Source of the DNA: an uncultured Acidobacteriota bacterium
Lineage (GTDB): Bacteria > Acidobacteriota > Thermoanaerobaculia > UBA5066
Direction: 5' to 3'
Assembly: GCA_963721385.1 (NCBI GenBank)
Contig: CAVRJB010000019.1
Location: 981,946 to 1,045,945 of the forward strand
Length of the DNA stretch: 64,000 nucleotides
Position numbers and translations under genes: made by a program. The notes beneath the pieces were generated by a model. It saw nothing but the letters and a program-made list of their open reading frames with translations. It did not search any database and was not told where the DNA came from. Below are positions 58,133 through 64,000 of the stretch, in pieces; within the stretch, counting starts at the first letter, position 1, and each line of letters begins with the position of its first letter.

Positions 58133-60507
58133 TAGGCCATCGACGCCGCGCGCGCGTCTCGGCCGCGGCGGAGGAGGGCCACGAACCCTCCCGCCATCAT
58201 CACGTAGAAGCCGCCCCAGACGAGCGAGATGAGGGGCTTCGTCGTGACGTCGACCGAAAAGCTCTCGGTCGTGGGCGGCTTGACGTCGCCCGCCGGGTTG
58301 AGCCCCAGGACCTCGATCTCGAGGGAGTCGGCGCCGGCGGCTCGCAGGATCCGGTAGCGCCCGGCCGTGCCCGGAATTGCGGTGTCCGGGGCCGACGACT
58401 CCGACTGTTCGTTCGCGCCCATGGTGATGACCATCTTCGCGGTCTGTTCCAGCGGCTTTCCGCCAGGAGGCGTCACCAGCATCTTCGCGTTCAGCGTCAC
58501 GCGCGGCGGGTTGGCGTTCAGTTCGGAGCGGTCCATGACGATGGCGCGGAGCTGGAAGCGGACGCCGTCGACGGTTTTCTCCTCGCTCTGCTTCAGCGGA
58601 AGCCGCGTTCCCTCGACCCGCATCGGCGAGCCGGGGTCGTACGACTGCGGCGACAGGTAGAGATCCATCATCGTGGTCGACCGGACGTCCGGGTTCGCCA
58701 TCATCTGCTGGGTCCGCTCGTTCATGTAGAGCTTCGGGTACGCCTTCCAGACTTTGCCCCGGGGCGACGCGACCTCGACCTCCATCGCCTGCTTCGCGCG
58801 GCGGTCGGAGAGGCGCGACCGGTCGAGCTCCTCGGGCTTCTTGACGTCGCCGTTCTCGGTCACGAAGACGGACCTCACGAAGGTCATCGTGTTGCGGCCG
58901 ACCTGCGTCGGCGCGCCCCGGAGGAGCGTCACCTGCTGCTTCCGCTCGTAGGCGCCGGAGATCAGGATGCCGACGAGCATGATCGCGACGCCGACGTGGG
59001 CGAGATAGCCGCCGACCGAGGCGATCGCCCGCCGCCTCACGAAGAGGACGACGCTTTCCACGTTCGCGGCGCACCCCATGACCGCGAAGCCGATCAGGAG
59101 GAGGTCTTTCAGGCCGCGAACGCCGGCGGCGAAGGCGACGCCCGCGCCGAGGACGCCGATGGCGAAGGCGACGAACGCCTTCCGGACGACGTCGCGCCCC
59201 GTCTCGCCGCGCCAGGAGAGGAAGGGCACGAGGGCGATGAGGAGACCGATCAGCATCGCGACGGGCGCGTGCGTGATGTTGTAGAACTCCGTCGCGACCT
59301 GAGACGGCTTGCCCGTGACGCGCGTCAGGATCGGCGCGGACGTGCCGAGGAGGATCACGGTGGCCGAGGCGCAGATGAGCGTGACCGAGAGGATGAAGAG
59401 GACGGAGCGCGACAGGAACGCCTCCTCCTTCTCCTTGCCGGTCGCGGGGTCGATTTCAGGGGCGACGGGAATCTCCTTCCAGCGGAACGCGAGAAGGCCG
59501 AGGCCGCCGACGAGGAAGACCAGGATGATGCCGACGAGCCAGCCGGTGATGCCGAGGTCGATGAAGGAATGAACCGAAAAGTCGGCGAGGACGCCCGAGC
59601 GTGTCAGGAAAGTCCCGTAGAGGATGCAGCAGTAGGCGAGGATCGCCAGGATGACGTTGATCTTCCGGTGCTTCTCGCGCGCCTTCTGCAGGTACATCCC
59701 GTGGACGAGGGCCACGGTCGCTAGCCACGGCACGAGCGAGGTGTTCTCGACCGGATCCCAGGCCCAGTAGCCGCCCCAGCCGAGCGTCTTGTAGGCCCAG
59801 TAGCCGCCCATCAGGATCGCGGTGCCGAGCGTCAGGAAGGTGAAGAGCGCCCAGGGCATTGCGCGAACGACCCAGCCGTCCCAGCGCTTCGTCCAGAGGG
59901 CCGCAATGGCAAACGCGAATGGCACGGAGAGCGACGCGAAGCCCGCGAACATCACCGGCGGGTGGATGACCATCCAGGGGTCCTGCAGGAGCGGGTTCAG
60001 CCCCTGCCCGTCGAACGGCACTTTCTCGAGGAACCGGAAGGGGGGCTGCTTGCAGAGGATCGCGACGATGCCGAGGAAGGAGGCCAGGTAGACGACCATG
60101 ACGGCCGGCTCCTGCTCCTTCGCGGTGCGAAAGACGACGAGCCCGATCAGCGCGCCCCAGAAGAGCCAGAGCATGAACGAGCCTTCCTGGCCCGCCCAGA
60201 ACGTCGAGAAGAGGTAGTAGGAGGGGAGGTCGCGGCCCGAATAAGACGCCACGTACGAGAGGCGGAAGTCGTGCGACATCAGCAGCCGCATCAGGAGGAC
60301 GGAGGCGAGCAGAATCGCGGTGGCGTAGGCCGCGTAGAGGCGCCGCCCGAAACCGACCGCGGCGTCGTAGTCGGCTGCTGGGGCGCCGGCCGTCTGCAGG
60401 CGCCAGGCCTTCACGTAGACGGCGATCGAGGCGAGCCCGAAGAGAAGCGCCGCCCAGATCGCGGCGGTGCCGGGGGCGAAGCCGATGGCACGGACCATGT
60501 CGCTCAT
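58132..60507 (-). CDS. ccmF: Cytochrome c biogenesis heme lyase CcmF (long form)
   Basis: DFRLSYVA, WAGQEGS, GLNPLLQDPWMVIHPP, WGGYWAWDPVEN, LTRSG...SVHSF, YLAHVG, KPLISLVWGG. Confidence 0.95.
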   Translation of the reverse strand: MSDMVRAIGFAPGTAAIWAALLFGLASIAVYVKAWRLQTAGAPAADYDAAVGFGRRLYAAYATAILLASVLLMRLLMSHDFRLSYVASYSGRDLPSYYLFSTFWAGQEGSFMLWLFWGALIGLVVFRTAKEQEPAVMVVYLASFLGIVAILCKQPPFRFLEKVPFDGQGLNPLLQDPWMVIHPPVMFAGFASLSVPFAFAIAALWTKRWDGWVVRAMPWALFTFLTLGTAILMGGYWAYKTLGWGGYWAWDPVENTSLVPWLATVALVHGMYLQKAREKHRKINVILAILAYCCILYGTFLTRSGVLADFSVHSFIDLGITGWLVGIILVFLVGGLGLLAFRWKEIPVAPEIDPATGKEKEEAFLSRSVLFILSVTLICASATVILLGTSAPILTRVTGKPSQVATEFYNITHAPVAMLIGLLIALVPFLSWRGETGRDVVRKAFVAFAIGVLGAGVAFAAGVRGLKDLLLIGFAVMGCAANVESVVLFVRRRAIASVGGYLAHVGVAIMLVGILISGAYERKQQVTLLRGAPTQVGRNTMTFVRSVFVTENGDVKKPEELDRSRLSDRRAKQAMEVEVASPRGKVWKAYPKLYMNERTQQMMANPDVRSTTMMDLYLSPQSYDPGSPMRVEGTRLPLKQSEEKTVDGVRFQLRAIVMDRSELNANPPRVTLNAKMLVTPPGGKPLEQTAKMVITMGANEQSESSAPDTAIPGTAGRYRILRAAGADSLEIEVLGLNPAGDVKPPTTESFSVDVTTKPLISLVWGGFYVMMAGGFVALLRRGRDARAASMA

Positions 60508-60511
60508 CGGC

Positions 60512-60907
60512 TCAAGCCTTGTTTCCGTACTGCTTCTCGACCTCTTCTCCCTGGTACTTCGAGGGGCATTTCACGAGGAGCTTCTCGGCCCGGAAGCCGT
60601 CGGCCTGGTACTTCCCGATGGCCACGATCGAGACCGCGTCCTCGAAGTTCGCGGGCTTCACGTCCGTGTAGGTGACCGGGAAGACGTCCTTCGTCTGCGG
60701 GTCGACGAGGTTGAAGTGCAGCGTCTTCGTCGCGATGTCGTACCGGGACGTCCCCTTCTCGAGGGCGCCCATGACCTGCACGGTCCGTTTCGACGTCTTC
60801 GCCTCGCTGAACGACACGTAGGGCGTCATCGACTTCGAGAACGTCGAGAGCCCGAGAACGAGGAAGCCGAGCAGGACGGCGGCTCCGAGCCAGTACGCTT
60901 TCTTCAT
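60512..60907 (-). CDS. ccmE: Heme chaperone CcmE, CxxxY variant
   Basis: N-terminal TM; PYVSFSEA; KPANFEDA; AEKLLVKCPSKY. Confidence 0.92.
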   Translation of the reverse strand: MKKAYWLGAAVLLGFLVLGLSTFSKSMTPYVSFSEAKTSKRTVQVMGALEKGTSRYDIATKTLHFNLVDPQTKDVFPVTYTDVKPANFEDAVSIVAIGKYQADGFRAEKLLVKCPSKYQGEEVEKQYGNKA

Positions 60908-61071
60908 GGACGGTCCTCCGGGTTGGGGTGGGCCGCCTGGGCGGCCCTGACCTTGCGGTCGAGATAGAAGAGATAGAAGAAGAGCCCCGCCCAGATGACG
61001 AGGTTCACGGCGGCCACGTAATAGAGGGCCCCGTGAGCCGGGGCGATGGCGCTGGGAGCTGCGGGATTCAT
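60904..61071 (-). CDS. ccmD: CcmD-like single-TM protein
   Basis: 55 aa; ATGA overlap with ccmC; VIWAGLFFYLFYLDRKVR; sits between ccmC and ccmE. Confidence 0.75.
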   Translation of the reverse strand: MNPAAPSAIAPAHGALYYVAAVNLVIWAGLFFYLFYLDRKVRAAQAAHPNPEDRP

Positions 61072-61736
61072 GGGCGGGCCTCCCGGAGCATGCGCGAGAC
61101 CTTCCGGTCCAGCGAGTAGAGCCAGAAGAAGAGGACGAGAAACGCGAGGTTCGCGGCGAAGAAGACGGTCTTGATGTCCCGGGACATCTCGATCCGTCCG
61201 CGCGCGTTGATGACGGTGTCGGGGTGGAGCGAGGCGTACATCCGCGGCACCCCGAACATCAGGAAGGGCACCGTGACGAAGGCGACGAGGGCGTAAGCCG
61301 CGGAGAGCGTCGCGCGGCGCTCGGGGTCCTCGATGGCGCCGCGCAGGCCGAGGTAGGCGCCGTAGACGAGGAGGAGAAGGGTGATGGAGGTCTGCCGGGG
61401 ATCCCAGTTCCAGTAGGCGTTCCACATGACCTTCGCGAAGATCGCCCCGGTCACGGTGGCGAGGATGCAGAAGAGAAGGCCGAGGCGGGCCGCGGCGGCC
61501 GCCGCCTCGTCGCTTTCCACTCGCCGCTTCCGGAGATAGACCGCCGAGTGCCAGGCCGCGAGGAAGAACGCCACGGTCGAAACCCACGACATCGGCACGT
61601 GGTAGAAGACGATCCGGGACGACTCTCCGACGAAATTCTCCGCCGGCCGGGCCCAGAGAAACGAGGCCCAGATAATGACGGCCATGGCGAGCCCGAGGCC
61701 GAGCTTGGCTGCGCTTACCGCGCCGGACAACCTCAC
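61068..61736 (-). CDS. ccmC: Heme exporter/chaperone-loading protein CcmC
   Basis: RIVFYHVP, TGAIFAKVMWNAYWNWDPRQT (WWD domain), SLHP. Confidence 0.94.
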   Translation of the reverse strand: MRLSGAVSAAKLGLGLAMAVIIWASFLWARPAENFVGESSRIVFYHVPMSWVSTVAFFLAAWHSAVYLRKRRVESDEAAAAAARLGLLFCILATVTGAIFAKVMWNAYWNWDPRQTSITLLLLVYGAYLGLRGAIEDPERRATLSAAYALVAFVTVPFLMFGVPRMYASLHPDTVINARGRIEMSRDIKTVFFAANLAFLVLFFWLYSLDRKVSRMLREARP

Positions 61737-61805
61737 GCGCCCGGATGATAGACCGGCGGGGCCGCGGGACGCCCTAGAGCATTTGAACTATTGGAGCGCT
61801 TGGAC

Positions 61806-62504
61806 TTATTCCCGCCAGACGGCGTCGAAAAGCAGGAAGGCGGCCGTCGTCACGACTCCGTCGTAGGCAACGAGGAGCTTGACGAAGTCGAGGCCGGCCG
61901 AGAGCTCCGCTTCCGTCGCCGCGACCCTCGTCCCGATGACCGCCCCGACCAGCGGAGGGAGGAGAAGCGGGACGGCCAGAACGGCGAACATCGTCCCCTT
62001 CGCCGAGGCCTTCGCGACGATCGCGGCGGTGAACGTGCAGGCGGAGGCGAGCCCGATATTTCCCAGGACGAGGAGAAGCAGGAAGAGAGCCGGTCCTTCG
62101 ATCCGGAACGACATCATCGCGAGGAAGAGCGGTACGACGAAGGCGGTCACGACGGAAAGGAGGGCCAGGTTCGCGAGGAGCTTCCCCAGGAGAACGGCCG
62201 GCGGGGGCGCCGAGAGCCGGAGCGCCGCCGCCGTCCCCGAGTCCTCCTCCTTGACGAAGACGCGAGCGAGCCCGGTCATCGCCGAGAAGAAGAGGACGAT
62301 CCAGAGGAGGACCGAGTGGACGGTCGGGCGGTCCTCCGGGGAGAGGCTGGCGGGGCCGACGGCGTAGCCGACGAGGACGAGGACGGCGAAGGCGAAGAGG
62401 AGGAGCGCGTTCGTCGACACGCGCGTCCGCCACTCGCTCGTCAGGTCCTTGACGAAGACGGCCTTCGCAGCGGCGAAAACCCCGGGGCGCTCGGGCCCGC
62501 TCAG
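61806..62504 (-). CDS. ccmB: Heme exporter membrane protein CcmB, probable CTG start
   Basis: AVFVKDLTSEWRTR, LWIVLFFSAM, FVKEEDSGT, LLGKLLAN, VLAVPLLLP, YDGVVT. Confidence 0.9.
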   Translation of the reverse strand: MSGPERPGVFAAAKAVFVKDLTSEWRTRVSTNALLLFAFAVLVLVGYAVGPASLSPEDRPTVHSVLLWIVLFFSAMTGLARVFVKEEDSGTAAALRLSAPPPAVLLGKLLANLALLSVVTAFVVPLFLAMMSFRIEGPALFLLLLVLGNIGLASACTFTAAIVAKASAKGTMFAVLAVPLLLPPLVGAVIGTRVAATEAELSAGLDFVKLLVAYDGVVTTAAFLLFDAVWRE

Positions 62505-63116
62505 AGGGTGATCCTCTCGTCGGCCAGCGCGAGATCTCCCGAGTCGTTCGAGGCGACGACGCAGATCCCGCGCGCCCGCTGCTCTCCGACGACCTTCGCG
62601 ACGACCTCCCGGCCCGCGTCGTCGAGGTTCGAGCTCGGCTCGTCGAGGAAGAGGATCGCGGGCTCGTGGAGCGTGGCGAAGGCCAGCTTGACCCTCTGCC
62701 GCTGCCCCGTCGACAGCGCGCGGATCGGGTGCGCGGCGATCCGGGACGGGTCGAGACCGACGGCGGCGATCCGCTCCTCGGCCCAGCCGGGCCCCGCGGG
62801 CCGGCCGTGGAGCCGGGCGAAGAAGCGGAGATTCTCGGCCGCCGTCAGCTCCCCGTACAGGGAGAGGTCGGGCGCCACCCACCCGATCGCCCACGAGGCG
62901 TCGCGGGGAAGCGTCCGGGCCCCGTTCCGGGCGAGGAACGACCTGTCCGGACGAGGGGCGGAGCAGGCCCGCGAGCACCTTCACGAGCGTCGTCTTCCCG
63001 CTGCCGTTTTGCCCGGCAACGGCCAGCACCCGTCCCGGCTCCACGGCGAAGGAGAGGGGGCCGACGATGCGGCGGCTCCCGAAGGAGCGGGTCAGGTTCT
63101 CGGCGACGAGCTGCAC
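62501..63116 (-). CDS. ccmA: Heme exporter ATP-binding protein CcmA, frameshift near 62935
   Basis: GQNGSGKTT, then after the shift IGWVAPDLSLYGELTAAENL, LSTGQRQRV, LDEPSSNLD. Confidence 0.9.
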
Positions 63117-63161
63117 GCGACGTGGGGAGGATAGCGGAGGCGGCGTCTATCATCGGGGAGC

Positions 63162-63851
63162 GTGCGCGGAAAGCTCCTCGGCTTCGCGATCTTCCTCCTC
63201 GTCGGCCTCTGGCGCGCGACGCTCCGGGTCCGGGTCGTCGGGATCGAGAACTGGGACGCCGTCCGGAACGCCGGGAAGCCGACGATTTTCGCCCTCTGGC
63301 ATCAGCGGATGCTGCCGCCGATCTTCTACCGGGCCGGGAGCGGCGACGTCACGATGGCGTCGCGGAGCCGCGACGGCGAGATCATCGCGGGCTTCCTCTT
63401 CTTCTGGGGGTTCAGGGTGGCGCGCGGCTCGTCGTCCCGTGGGGGCGGCGAGGCGCTGTCGCAGATGATCAAGGCCATTCGAAACGGCGCTCCGGCGGCG
63501 GACCTGACGACGGACGGCCCGCGGGGGCCGGCTCGGAAATCGAAACGCGGCCTCGCGCTTCTCTCCGCGGCCCTCGACGCGCCGGTCATTCCGGTCGGAA
63601 GCTCGGCCACGAGGCCGAAGTTCCTGGATTCATGGGACCGCTACATGCTGCCATTGCCCTTCTCGCTCTGCGTCGTCCACCCCGGGCCCGCCGTCTACCG
63701 CGAGCCGGGGGAAAGCGACGAGAGCTTCCTCACGCGTATCGACGCCGGAATCGACCTCGCCACCGAGGAGGCGGACCGGATCTGCGGTGTCGCCGACGCA
63801 CCGCGGGGGCGCGAGGCCGCGGGGCCGCGCCCGGAGTCCCTCGATGACTGA
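63162..63851 (+). CDS. DUF374/lysophospholipid acyltransferase-family protein
   Basis: FALWHQR, ASRSRDGE, ARGSSSRGG, TDGPRGP, WDRYMLPLPF. Confidence 0.88.
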   Translation: MRGKLLGFAIFLLVGLWRATLRVRVVGIENWDAVRNAGKPTIFALWHQRMLPPIFYRAGSGDVTMASRSRDGEIIAGFLFFWGFRVARGSSSRGGGEALSQMIKAIRNGAPAADLTTDGPRGPARKSKRGLALLSAALDAPVIPVGSSATRPKFLDSWDRYMLPLPFSLCVVHPGPAVYREPGESDESFLTRIDAGIDLATEEADRICGVADAPRGREAAGPRPESLDD

Positions 63852-64000
63852 GTCCCTGACCGTCTCGCCGGCCGACGTCGCGGCCGCCCGCGTGCGCATC
63901 GCCCCATACGTCCACCGGACGCCCGTCCTCACCTGCCGTTCGCTCGACGAGCGGACCGGGGCCTCGCTCTTCTTCAAGTGCGAGACGTTCCAGAAGGTCG
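63844..64000 (+). CDS. PLP-dependent threonine/serine dehydratase or serine racemase family, 3'-truncated
   Basis: MTESLTVSPADVAAARVRIAPYVHRTPVLTCRSLDERTGASLFFKCETFQKV. Not in the ORF track. Confidence 0.85.
   Translation, partial: MTESLTVSPADVAAARVRIAPYVHRTPVLTCRSLDERTGASLFFKCETFQKV

Noticed and set aside
61737-61805. AT-rich patch between ccmB and ccmC as an IS scar
   Set aside because: No terminal inverted repeats or target duplication; better explained as an internal promoter region (TATCAT before ccmC).
62501-63116. ccmA, serpin, porin and permease as true pseudogenes
   Set aside because: Single-base slips with no other decay, and ccmA is needed for the intact multiheme genes; treated as probable sequencing errors.

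Overview
High-GC bacterial chromosomal segment, densely coding, with about 57 genes. Gene content and protein style suggest Acidobacteriota, possibly Thermoanaerobaculia (inference, not tested). I found no tRNA, rRNA, CRISPR array, transposase or integrase. Main blocks: (1) amt-glnK-porin nitrogen operon behind a sigma54-type -24/-12 motif; (2) proS and maeB; (3) glycosylation genes (GT-C/GT39, GT2, GT4, priming transferase, O-antigen-ligase-like protein, later ugd, uxs and a degenerate epimerase); (4) a long minus-strand run GNAT, PAS-GGDEF-EAL, ABC pair, CHAD, CBM9-like, orphan ECF sigma, mutY; (5) an uncharacterised envelope/signalling cluster of FHA-RDD, TPR, a ~1050-aa repeat-module secreted protein, a Hanks kinase and a FadL/PorV-like barrel; (6) mlaEFD, plsC, cfa, mrp; (7) a respiratory cluster: low-potential Rieske protein, cytochrome b fused to a nine-heme c domain, tetraheme c, NrfC-like and NrfD-like subunits; (8) ccmABCDEF with a CxxxY-type CcmE. 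The best candidates for an undescribed system are blocks 7 and 5. Caveat: about nine to ten single-base frameshifts, mostly in short homopolymers and including ccmA, look like uncorrected long-read errors. Single-residue observations therefore need read-level confirmation.
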